Translations under genes and position numbers: made by a program | The notes under the pieces: generated by a model | Seen by the model: the letters and a program-made list of their open reading frames with translations, nothing else | Told to the model about the DNA's origin: nothing | The model's database searches: none | In this document: positions 30,114 to 38,377 of the stretch, in pieces | Layout of the letters: each line of letters starts with the position of its first letter | Position numbering within the stretch: the first letter of the stretch is position 1 | NCBI RefSeq assembly: GCF_030013205.1 | Contig: NZ_CP122648.1 | Length of the DNA: 64,000 bases | Reading direction: 5' to 3' (one strand) | Source of the DNA: Escherichia coli | GTDB taxonomy: Bacteria > Pseudomonadota > Gammaproteobacteria > Enterobacterales > Enterobacteriaceae

Positions 30114-30823
30114 TACTGCCACCCCCGGCAGAGTTCTCTGCCCTCCGCAAGGTCGCGCATTTTTTCTGGATTCTGTCGCGCCGCGCTCCATTGTACAGGT
30201 GAAGGGGCGCTCCTGATTGCGCAGCTTACTGAATCCGGGAGTTTCTCCGGGCAATAACGCAGCGGGCTGGAGGTGTCGCTTTCGGTATCGTTAATCCGGC
30301 CGCGAATCATCCCGACACTTTCAGCAGTATCTGCCGCTTTCAGTGTTTCGCATATTTTCTTTTCTGCGTTATACAGCGGCTGGCCAAGTAGCTCACATAA
30401 ACCACGAATCAATAACAGAACAGGGGTCAGCTCGTTAATCAGTTCGGGAAGTGCTTTTGCAAATATCTCTGCCCGCAACTTATTATCAATGCTTTCGTAA
30501 GCACAACCAGCCTCTGCCGCGTTATAACGACACTCCAGTAGCCTGATGCGCGCTTCATCATGCAATACCCGCAGACGCTCAAGATTTTCTCGCGCCACAC
30601 CCGCCTGAATGGATAATTTCGCGGAGGCTTCCGTTTTTACGCCCAGCGCAGACAGGATTGAGTTCTGCCAGTCACGATCGAGAGATTCCAGCTCCCCTTT
30701 CGTCTGTTCGATAGTCGCTTCCAGATTGGTGATTAATGATTCCTGTTCACTGAGTTTTGCCATGGCTGTATCAAACTGTGCTTTACATACCTGATGTTCG
30801 GCGCTTGCCTGAGTTATATCCAT
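30113..30823 (-). CDS. Coiled-coil protein coupled to the capsid homologue (candidate scaffold, Sid or Psu-like morphogenetic factor)
   Basis: 236-aa helical ORF immediately upstream of and overlapping the capsid gene start; assignment is positional. Confidence 0.4.
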   Translation of the reverse strand: MDITQASAEHQVCKAQFDTAMAKLSEQESLITNLEATIEQTKGELESLDRDWQNSILSALGVKTEASAKLSIQAGVARENLERLRVLHDEARIRLLECRYNAAEAGCAYESIDNKLRAEIFAKALPELINELTPVLLLIRGLCELLGQPLYNAEKKICETLKAADTAESVGMIRGRINDTESDTSSPLRYCPEKLPDSVSCAIRSAPSPVQWSAARQNPEKMRDLAEGRELCRGWQ

Positions 30824-30873
30824 TATTTGCTCCTGTAATACATTTTTTTACTTACGCCGATTTTTTCCATATT

Positions 30874-30934
30874 GCGTAATACATTCCAGCCGATTTTGTT
30901 CTCGTAATACGCTCACAATACTGTTGTATTACGC
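30874..30934. promoter_or_regulatory. Three palindromic operator-like sites GCGTA(A/T)TACGC in the divergent promoter region
   Basis: Sites at 30874-30882, 30903-30912 and 30926-30934 between the coiled-coil gene start (30823) and the RHH gene start (30989); further copies at 31014-31024, 31545-31555 and 31906-31913. Confidence 0.55.
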
Positions 30935-30988
30935 TTTCTTATATCGCGGGTGTTAAATCCCGGCATAAACAATCAGGGAGGCAACACG

Positions 30989-31222
30989 ATGAAAAAACAA
31001 AAGAAAATGCGATGCGTATTACGCTGTATTCGTATCCCGCACGAAATCGACCATAAAATAAATCAGATATGTGAGGACAGAGAGATGAACTACTCCCAGT
31101 GCGTCAGAATGTTTATCAGTCAGGGAATTAAGGCCGGGGAAAAGCAGGAAGAAGACCACAACGGGCGCAATGTAGCGGGGGATGTGTGGGCCTGGGCAAA
31201 TGACCAGAACCACACGACGTAA
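30989..31222 (+). CDS. Small ribbon-helix-helix-like putative transcriptional regulator
   Basis: 77-aa product MKKQKKMRCVLRCIRIPHEIDHKINQICEDREMNYSQCVRMFISQGIKAG...; GGGAGG RBS 8 nt upstream; divergent from the capsid operon. Confidence 0.45.
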   Translation: MKKQKKMRCVLRCIRIPHEIDHKINQICEDREMNYSQCVRMFISQGIKAGEKQEEDHNGRNVAGDVWAWANDQNHTT

Positions 31223-31272
31223 TACAGAAATAACGCAGCCGGTCACACTCGCTGGCTGTGTTATACAAATCA

Positions 31273-31455
31273 CTATGAAGTTTTCGACTTCCTGCGCTTA
31301 GTAATGCGTACAAACGACTCAAGCGTACAAAAACAAGCCCCACACTCAATATTGTTGCACTGGTAATACGTTCTGTAGATGTTTTGTTCGTGTTCTTCCA
31401 ACGAACGACCACGGGTGCGAGCTGAAGCGCCACAGGCCGGGCAAGGGAAAGACAT
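31273..31455 (-). CDS. Ogr/Delta-family zinc-finger late-gene transcriptional activator
   Basis: 60-aa ORF MSFPCPACGASARTRGRSLEEHEQNIYRTYYQCNNIECGACFCTLESF... with the CPxC...RT.R...YxQCxNxxCxxxFxTxES pattern of P2 Ogr. Confidence 0.8.
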   Translation of the reverse strand: MSFPCPACGASARTRGRSLEEHEQNIYRTYYQCNNIECGACFCTLESFVRITKRRKSKTS

Positions 31456-31817
31456 ATCGCGCTCCTCTTACTGGCGTGAAATTTAACCTATTATATCTTC
31501 CGTTGCCTCCTCTGGCTGTATCAAATAAATCCGCGATGGTCGCTGCGTATTACGCGCAGACACACCGTTCCCATGCTCACTCCTCACATTCCCCGTATCA
31601 ATTCTCTCTTGCCGTAAGAACGGCTCTGGCTGGCGATAAAACTAACCCGGTCAGGCATTCCCGCAGTCTTTAGCGAAAGATGTAATTTACCCCCTGAAAC
31701 GCGGGCTGTTCCCCCGTCACCTGCGCGCGAAAAACTCACCGTTTTTTGTGCACGCACGAAATCGCCCTCCGGGCGCGCCAGTACCGGGCCGGATGGGCAA
31801 AAAGTTACTCTAAAAAA

Positions 31818-31845
31818 TTGTGCAAATTTGTGCACTTTTGTGCAG
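31818..31845. promoter_or_regulatory. Three direct TTGTGCA repeats with 10-bp phasing (operator-like)
   Basis: TTGTGCAAATTTGTGCACTTTTGTGCAG; a fourth TTGTGCAC at 31746-31753. Confidence 0.45.
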
Positions 31846-32059
31846 ATGAACAACAGCGTCAAAAAGAGTGCTTTTGAGAGATTTTTTATGGCAACTGCGC
31901 CGCGTGTATTACGTTTTTACCATCCCCGCCGCGCATGTACATACTTCATTTTTCTGCCAAACAACAGGGCAACTCCCCGTGACTGACAGCCCCAAAAAAT
32001 CAATGATTAATGTTGCGTCTTTGTTAGAGGTCAGATCAGTTGTTTTGGGACTCTGCCTC

Positions 32060-32383
32060 AAAATCCGGTAGGGGGTGCGGAAACGGGTTACAAAGGTTAC
32101 ACCCCCCTAAAACACACTATAATCATATGATTTTAAAACATATTTCTTGTAACCTTTTTGAGGTTACAGAAGGTTACACGAGGTTACAGCTCTCAAAAAC
32201 AGATTAATTATCAATTAATTATAAATTTAACCTGTAACCAACAGTAACCACTACATAAAGGTTACATGTAACCCTGTTGTAACCCGTTTGTAACCTTTTA
32301 AATTTATTATAATATATTGATATATAATACGTTTTTCTGTTTGTAACCTTTGTAACCCGTTTCCGCACCCCCCCCCGGATTTT
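32060..32383. repeat. Block of about 14 GGTTACA/TGTAACC repeats flanked by near-perfect inverted repeats of about 40 bp (candidate attP-like or origin region)
   Basis: Left arm AAAATCCGGTAGGGGGTGCGGAAACGGGTTACAAAGGTTACA (32060-32101) is the reverse complement of the right arm (about 32339-32383); AT-rich core with both-orientation GTAACC repeats. Confidence 0.6.
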
Positions 32384-32628
32384 AGCGCGACCCTTTAAAA
32401 TGTTAATTAAACTCACTAACTCTGTATCACTCTCATTAACTCTCTATGATTGAAATGTATCTCACTGCTGTTTAACTCTTTCTGATAATCAAGAAAGGAG
32501 AGCAAAAAACTGATGGCGCTACCGCTGCAATATGGCCACCATCGCATTGCTGTTACCGTTGGCTTTGGCCAACAAAAAAGGCCAGTGGAAAACTGACCTC
32601 TTTTGCTGTGAATGTAGTGTTCTGCGGG

Positions 32629-33630
32629 TTACTCTACTGGCTCTTTTTGTTCAGTGAATGCCATGTTAGCTATCGGGTTAAACCTCATGGCATCCGCCAG
32701 ATAGTCGGGGGAAAAATGCGCATAAGTCATCGTTTGCTGGATAGTCGCATGTCCAAGAATCCGTTGTAATGTAACGATATTCCCACCGTTAATCATAAAG
32801 TGTGTGGCAAATGTATGACGCATGACATGCGTAGCCTGCCCCTTCGGTAAATCCGGCTTCACCTCCTGAAGGATCTCCCGGAACTTCAGATAATCAACCT
32901 GATACAACAACCCCGTCCGGCGGGTCTTAATCAGCGGCACGACCGAATCAGCCACAGGAACCGAACGGGATTTTCCGTTTTTGGTGTTAAAGAACGTCAC
33001 CCGGTTGCCAATGATGTGCTCTCCACGTAGTTCCGATGCTTCACTCCATCGGGCACCAGTAGAAAGACACAGAATGGCAACACGACGCGCATCACCCTCC
33101 AGTCGCTCAAGAAGCCGCTCAATCTCATCATCAGAAAGAAAGGCCATCTCTGTATTCTGAATTTTTAGCTTGCGTATACCGCGTACAGGGTTCGGGTTGT
33201 GAAAGACCTCAGCTTCAATCAGCACCGTGAACATGGTAGACAGAACGCACAAGTCACGATTAATGCTGGATGGCATTAAGCCGGCCTGTAATTTCTCTGA
33301 CCGATACTCAAGCATAAATTTTTGCGTCATCTGGCTGGCACGCGGATCTCCCATTTCACGAATCACTTTCTCCATCCGGATCCTGTAGGTATCACCGTAA
33401 GCCTGGTTACGGCCATCAAGCATCCACCATATATCAAGCAGCTCTGATAATCTCCGTCGATCAGCAGGTTTAGCCAGCCATGGGTTGTTATGGAAATTCT
33501 GTAAAATATGTTCTTTGAAGGCCTCCGCACTCCCTTTCCTGACAAAAATTTTACGTATCCGTTTGCCGTACGCCCCTTGGGGCCTGATATCGAGCAGCCA
33601 TCGCCCATCATCCATCTTTCTGATCGACAT
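32629..33630 (-). CDS. P2-type tyrosine integrase
   Basis: 333-aa ORF MSIRKMDDGRWLLDIRPQGAYGKRIRKIF...LSELLDIWW...INRDLCVLSTMFTVLIEAE...ILCLSTGARWSEA...GQATHVMRHTFATHFMINGGNIVTLQRILGHATIQQTMTYAHF matches P2 Int in length and motifs. Confidence 0.8.
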   Translation of the reverse strand: MSIRKMDDGRWLLDIRPQGAYGKRIRKIFVRKGSAEAFKEHILQNFHNNPWLAKPADRRRLSELLDIWWMLDGRNQAYGDTYRIRMEKVIREMGDPRASQMTQKFMLEYRSEKLQAGLMPSSINRDLCVLSTMFTVLIEAEVFHNPNPVRGIRKLKIQNTEMAFLSDDEIERLLERLEGDARRVAILCLSTGARWSEASELRGEHIIGNRVTFFNTKNGKSRSVPVADSVVPLIKTRRTGLLYQVDYLKFREILQEVKPDLPKGQATHVMRHTFATHFMINGGNIVTLQRILGHATIQQTMTYAHFSPDYLADAMRFNPIANMAFTEQKEPVE

Positions 33631-33632
33631 AC

Positions 33633-36302
33633 TTAAGCCCCCTCCTTGTTACTAAATATCCAGCATTTCAATACCTCCTTCTCTCTGGCCTCGGCTATTC
33701 CCCTCCCGGCGTTCGCCTGTCTGGATACCTCGCTACGGACGGGCTTGTATCCAATCAGCGATCGAGAACGGCCAGCCTTGAGAAGCTTTATCATTTCGGG
33801 ATTGGTTTGGGTCTTCACGTGGTGAACGGCGGCAACCTGCTCAAGTTGCGGGATACTGACGGCAAACTCATTCTGCCGTCCCTTGCCAAAATGATTTACG
33901 CCGTATGCTGTGATGCCGTCCAGATAGTCGAACGCCTCCCAGAACGCCATCACTTCCGGCAAGTCATCCATTACCGCTTTAGCCTGCTCCTCTGCCATTC
34001 GCTCCAGTTCCAGACATGTGGCATCAAGCCATTCATCCGGGATATCAATAACGCATTTCAGCGCCCTGACCAGTGCAATTAGTTGCGCGTGATTTTTGGC
34101 AATACGCTGATGGCGAATATTCTCGCAACCGTAAAGGCGGGTTGTTTCAGAATCCGAGAGTGCCATAAACAGATCCATAATCGCCCGCTCCTGGCTTACT
34201 GCCCGATGGATAAAACCTGATACCTGCTCAACGGGGTAAAGCTCCAGCCGTTTTGCTGCCAGTCGGCTATCTGGTGAGTGGCGTTTTTTATCGGTGTATA
34301 TACGTACCAGACGCTCGATAATTGCCGATGAGGCGTTTACCGTGGCATTCTGCGCAATCACGACAGCCCCTTTAAAAACGGGGTCATATGTGGCGTTATC
34401 ATTAGTTTTAACACCACGTACCCCAATACCACCGCCGTTATAGAGGCTTTTCAGGTTATCAAAGTCAAACGCACCTCTTTTTTGCGCATTGTCCCCCCGG
34501 TCTGCTTCAATCAGAACAACAGGTAATCCGGCGACCTGTCCAAAAGTTCGCTTCCAGCCTGATTCCGATCCTTTGGTTGGATCAACACCTTCATAGTTGT
34601 CACGGCCACACAAACGCCAACAAAAATCAATCAGCGTTGTTTTACCCGTTCCAGGCTCTCCGGTAATCTCAAGAAAAGGGTAAGACGTGTTTTTCTGCCT
34701 GATTTGTTCGCTGAACAACGAACCCAGCCAGAAGGCCAGGGTAATAATTCCCTTTTCACCAAAAGCCAGCCAGAGATCTTCCACCCAGGATATTGTGAAT
34801 TTATCCGGTTTTTTATAGTTAATCTGCAATATTGGTTTTTTATTCAATGGTTTTGCGTTTATGCCATCAATTTCAAAATAATCCTCTTCATTGATTTCGT
34901 AGGTTTTACCATTACAAACCGCGACATCATTAAACAGCCACGCGCCAATCTCTTTGTTGTATCCGATAAAATCCTGACCGATAACATTTTTTATTGCGGG
35001 AAGGTCATTTTTTATTAATGCATCAAGGTGCGCAGTCGTTCCGGTATAAATACCGCCTTTTGCCACATGCAACAGGCGTTTTTTAAATTCAGATGCGGAT
35101 GTTAATTGTCCTGATGTAAAGGTGTTTTTCACCGTCGCACCATCCGGGAACGTAACACGGAAGTAATACCATGCTTCATCCGTGTCATTGTTTCGAATGT
35201 AATAAAGCGGCGCCGGGTTACAGTTTGCGATTTCTTTTACAGCGCCGGATTCCTTAAGTGCAATTTTGCGCGCTTCATCTTCGTCAACATTTCGCTCATT
35301 TATGACGCGTTCAACAGCCTTCATATGGCGCTCAATATCCAGTTTGAACCAGAAAACACGGTTATCAAAAGTAAAATGAAATTCCTTTCGCTCACGAAAG
35401 GAAAACATTATCAGCGCCTTATCTCTCGGAGATTTTGCCAGCAATAAATCACCGTAATAACGGTATCTTTTCACATCATGGCCACGCAGCTTTCCGGCGA
35501 TGTGTAAATCATTCCAGTCGCGTTTATTGCTGTTTTTTCCTGGTAACGCCGCTGCCGTTCTCCAGCCGTCTTCGGCGCTGCGTTCTGCATGTTTTTTCGC
35601 ATAACGCTCACCCGCACGCCCGTTATCCAGCGCCCACACGATAACCGGACGGGGATTATCCCCGCACAGCTTCGCCAGCTCTTCCAGCGCCTTATCAGGG
35701 TAGTTTACGGCAGACATGACAGAAACGGCCGCAATGCCATTCTGGTTAAGGCTGATGGCATCAAAGATACCCTCACAAATCCAGATTTCTTTGGCCTTGC
35801 TTAAATCATCTCCCGGATAAGCCCACCACAACCCCTTGTAGCTGCCGGAAAAATTCGCCTTGCGCGCGAAGCGTTCCGGTCGGTCTATGATGCGCTCCCA
35901 CCACACGCCGTCAGCCAGTGTAAAACGCACAGTAGCGGCCTGTTCGCCGCTTTCCTTGTCCTGGTATCGCTCCTGAGTAAATGCTCCCTTCAGTGGCTCC
36001 ACAGCAATATTGCGTGCTTCCAGAAGATAAGCTGTCGCCGCTGCGTATGGATTGTCTTTCGTGCTGATATAGCGATCTGACCATGATGAAAACACATCCG
36101 GGTAAAGTTCTTTGGTCAACAGGTCTGTACCGCATTTATTTTCGCGCCCACAGTGCACGATGTACGGCCTTTCAAGGCTGGTAAAGAGCTCCTTCTTTCC
36201 ACATTGCGGACAAACACCATACCGGAGGTAGTTATTTTCTTCTTTGAAGTTGTAATCACGGATAAGACGGTTAATAATCTCTTTTCTGGTGTTATGTTTC
36301 AT
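33633..36302 (-). CDS. Primase-helicase replication protein (Cys4 zinc finger + TOPRIM primase + P4/D5-type NTPase)
   Basis: 889-aa ORF with CPQCGKK...HCGRENKCG, TOPRIM-like WICEGIFDAISL and ALDNGRAGERYA, Walker A GEPGTGKT and Walker B VVLIEAD. Confidence 0.75.
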   Translation of the reverse strand: MKHNTRKEIINRLIRDYNFKEENNYLRYGVCPQCGKKELFTSLERPYIVHCGRENKCGTDLLTKELYPDVFSSWSDRYISTKDNPYAAATAYLLEARNIAVEPLKGAFTQERYQDKESGEQAATVRFTLADGVWWERIIDRPERFARKANFSGSYKGLWWAYPGDDLSKAKEIWICEGIFDAISLNQNGIAAVSVMSAVNYPDKALEELAKLCGDNPRPVIVWALDNGRAGERYAKKHAERSAEDGWRTAAALPGKNSNKRDWNDLHIAGKLRGHDVKRYRYYGDLLLAKSPRDKALIMFSFRERKEFHFTFDNRVFWFKLDIERHMKAVERVINERNVDEDEARKIALKESGAVKEIANCNPAPLYYIRNNDTDEAWYYFRVTFPDGATVKNTFTSGQLTSASEFKKRLLHVAKGGIYTGTTAHLDALIKNDLPAIKNVIGQDFIGYNKEIGAWLFNDVAVCNGKTYEINEEDYFEIDGINAKPLNKKPILQINYKKPDKFTISWVEDLWLAFGEKGIITLAFWLGSLFSEQIRQKNTSYPFLEITGEPGTGKTTLIDFCWRLCGRDNYEGVDPTKGSESGWKRTFGQVAGLPVVLIEADRGDNAQKRGAFDFDNLKSLYNGGGIGVRGVKTNDNATYDPVFKGAVVIAQNATVNASSAIIERLVRIYTDKKRHSPDSRLAAKRLELYPVEQVSGFIHRAVSQERAIMDLFMALSDSETTRLYGCENIRHQRIAKNHAQLIALVRALKCVIDIPDEWLDATCLELERMAEEQAKAVMDDLPEVMAFWEAFDYLDGITAYGVNHFGKGRQNEFAVSIPQLEQVAAVHHVKTQTNPEMIKLLKAGRSRSLIGYKPVRSEVSRQANAGRGIAEAREKEVLKCWIFSNKEGA

Positions 36303-36314
36303 ATATAAATCCCC

Positions 36315-36344
36315 CCCACTGCACCTTTTGCAGTGGGTTTTTTA
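36315..36344. terminator. Hairpin plus T-run between the primase gene start and the upstream small ORF
   Basis: CCCACTGCA-CCTTTT-TGCAGTGGG followed by TTTTTTA; reads as a canonical terminator on the + strand. Confidence 0.4.
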
Positions 36345-36348
36345 TTAA

Positions 36349-36648
36349 TTACTCGTTGCTTATTGCTTTGGCAATCCCGGCGGTTTCGGCGCTATGCCAT
36401 GAAAAAATTCCGCCGGATGAATGCATACCAGATTTTATTGATTGTAATTCCCTATAAATAATGTTAGACAGAGATGCAATTTCTTCATTTATAATTTCTG
36501 CTGATGCTCCGCCATTTTTATCGTCAAAAACCACAGATATTAAACTGACGAGATTAATCACATCTGTGAGATCTTCCTTTGCACTTTCTGTAAAAAAGCC
36601 AACATATTCTCTATCTAAAAAATTTTCGCTATTCTGACGTTTAGACAT
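36349..36648 (-). CDS. Hypothetical protein (AT-rich, island-specific)
   Basis: 99-aa ORF, first of a run of small co-oriented genes upstream of the primase gene; no family recognised. Confidence 0.4.
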   Translation of the reverse strand: MSKRQNSENFLDREYVGFFTESAKEDLTDVINLVSLISVVFDDKNGGASAEIINEEIASLSNIIYRELQSIKSGMHSSGGIFSWHSAETAGIAKAISNE

Positions 36649-36715
36649 AAAAACTCCCCGACCCGTTAAGGCCGAAATATAAATTTAATTCAGTTATCAG
36701 TTGGTAATTCGGGAA

Positions 36716-36934
36716 TCAGGCGGAAAGCTGCGTCACCTTCAACGCCCTGAAATGTGTCATTCCCAGCTCTTCCAGCCCTTCGGCTGCGCGGCGTATGGCT
36801 TCGCCCGGTCCCGTTCCGTATACCGTTGCATGTGCATGTTTGGTTAACCCACGTTTATTAACGGCATAACCCAACACAAAGAAACGTTTTTCACCACTGC
36901 CATTATTTTTACGGGATGTTGAACGGGTTTTCAT
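36716..36934 (-). CDS. Hypothetical small protein
   Basis: 72-aa ORF; start overlaps the stop of the upstream gene (4-nt overlap). Confidence 0.35.
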   Translation of the reverse strand: MKTRSTSRKNNGSGEKRFFVLGYAVNKRGLTKHAHATVYGTGPGEAIRRAAEGLEELGMTHFRALKVTQLSA

Positions 36935-37119
36935 TTCTTCACCTTTACCACTGATGCTGTGAGTTCTTCTTCTGGCAACTGATATTTCGGCGCAATTTCT
37001 TCCGTATACCTGATAGCGTCCCTTGCCGCTTTTCCTTTTGATTTATATTTATATGTGGTCCGGTAGTTTTCTTCCTCTCCTGTTACCACATTACGCAATT
37101 TAATATGAATCTCGTACAT
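36931..37119 (-). CDS. Hypothetical small protein
   Basis: Start taken at MYEIHIKLRNVVTGEEENYRTTYKYKSKGKAARDAIRYTEE...; the track ORF extends 10 codons further upstream. Confidence 0.35.
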   Translation of the reverse strand: MYEIHIKLRNVVTGEEENYRTTYKYKSKGKAARDAIRYTEEIAPKYQLPEEELTASVVKVKK

Positions 37120-37121
37120 CG

Positions 37122-37304
37122 TTACCCCTCCATGATTTTTACTGCGCATTTGTGGGTTAATCGCCCCTGTTCATTCGTGCGGCTGTACTCCATGCGGCTG
37201 GCAGCACGCAGGGCATCATCACAGGTCTGATATTCCCTGACATGAAAAAACTGACGAACGTCGCCGCTCTGGCAGTTAATCAGGGTGATAAGGAGCTTAA
37301 ACAT
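37122..37304 (-). CDS. Hypothetical small protein
   Basis: Start taken at MFKLLITLINCQSGDVRQFFHVREYQTCDDALRAASRMEY...; the longer track ORF overlaps the upstream gene. Confidence 0.3.
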   Translation of the reverse strand: MFKLLITLINCQSGDVRQFFHVREYQTCDDALRAASRMEYSRTNEQGRLTHKCAVKIMEG

Positions 37305-37824
37305 TGCACGCCTCCCGGATACGAATACGGGCAACAGAGACCAGACGGGATGCCGGAAGCAGGGCGCGCGCTTCGCGCTCACTGGCGGCGGTAACGGTAT
37401 GAAGGCGGATATTTTTACCGTGGCACTGCATAAAGCGCCAGATAAAATCAGGGCGTGTTGATATAGCCATTTTGGCGGCTCCTTTGTCTAATTTACGGAG
37501 TCTCGCCAGCACGCTGCTAAACATGGTGGCGGGACGTAACAGGGTTAGCAGACTGGTGACAAAGAAACCAGCAGGCCTTACGGCCTCCCCATTACGCCCC
37601 GCCATAATACGGGAAAGGGTGGTATTACGGGCACAAAAAAACCGCATTACGGAAATATAGCGGCTACCCGCTTTGTCAATCAGGCTGCTAAACCCGGCAC
37701 CCGCTTTATGAGGTGCGGGCAAACGATACGCCATGACAAAAAAGCGAGTCAAGCAATATTGCAAATTATTTTTGCGTGATTGCGCTGAGTAATTGATTTT
37801 TAAGAGTAAAAAAGCCATAATCAT
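37297..37824 (-). CDS. Hypothetical protein (basic, Arg/Ala-rich)
   Basis: 175-aa ORF, first gene downstream of alpA; true start may be the internal MAYRLPAPHKAG... Confidence 0.35.
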   Translation of the reverse strand: MIMAFLLLKINYSAQSRKNNLQYCLTRFFVMAYRLPAPHKAGAGFSSLIDKAGSRYISVMRFFCARNTTLSRIMAGRNGEAVRPAGFFVTSLLTLLRPATMFSSVLARLRKLDKGAAKMAISTRPDFIWRFMQCHGKNIRLHTVTAASEREARALLPASRLVSVARIRIREACNV

Positions 37825-37885
37825 TTCTGCCTATTATTTCTTATTGTTGGTTTCAGGTGCACTAAATGCACATCCTTGACTGGTT

Positions 37886-37917
37886 GGCTCGCTAGCTTTA
37901 GCGAGCTTCTTTTTTGC
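37886..37917 (+). terminator. Plus-strand intrinsic terminator-like hairpin with no annotated plus-strand gene upstream
   Basis: GCTCGCTA-GCTT-TAGCGAGC followed by TTCTTTTTTG; a second hairpin GGTGCACTAAATGCACATCC lies about 20 nt upstream. Confidence 0.4.
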
Positions 37918-38377
37918 TCTGCAGCCAGTACCCGGCCTCCTTCCCTCACATGTAGTCATGTGCTCATTCCAGTCAGGTGGATAATGCTGTATTACCGGAC
38001 ATCCGGTTATGATGTTTAAAGCGTTTGTTTGTTTATGCCACGTGGAGAATATACCCACGCCGCCATTACTTGTATTTATCATAACAGTTCATCCAATTCG
38101 GTTAATGTAACCGGAATAACTCAATTTCATACACTGTAAATAAATGCTGATTTTAAACTTAGCTCCTTGGAATATATTTCTTACGTGTGACGTACAGGTG
38201 AAAATATCCCTCTGATAGTCCATTTTCTTTTATTGGGTCACATCTTTTTACTCCGGTTCCCTTAACAAGGGTAGAGCATCTTTTAAACCATGAATGCATC
38301 TTTGGTTAAGTGATGTTTCTTATTGAATGAAATGTTTAGGCGCATATCGCGCCATGCTGACTATAAAGTGAAAATAA

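Noticed and set aside
30114-30254. Upstream 47 codons of the 470-aa capsid-like ORF
   Set aside because: That part overlaps the end of the upstream coiled-coil gene in another frame; an internal ATG at 30113 gives classic TAATG coupling.
32060-32383. GTAACC repeat block considered as a CRISPR array
   Set aside because: Repeats are only 6-7 bp, irregularly spaced, occur in both orientations, and no cas genes are nearby.
33633-36302. 889-aa Walker A/B protein considered as a possible anti-phage NTPase (defence system component)
   Set aside because: The N-terminal Cys4 zinc finger plus TOPRIM motifs and a P4/D5-type NTPase C-terminus fit a primase-helicase replication protein better than any defence ATPase; position next to integrase and AlpA also fits replication.
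37834-38082. 82-aa minus-strand ORF between the small-gene operon and alpA
   Set aside because: No RBS or recognisable features, and it overlaps the hairpin-rich non-coding region; treated as non-coding (see sRNA finding).
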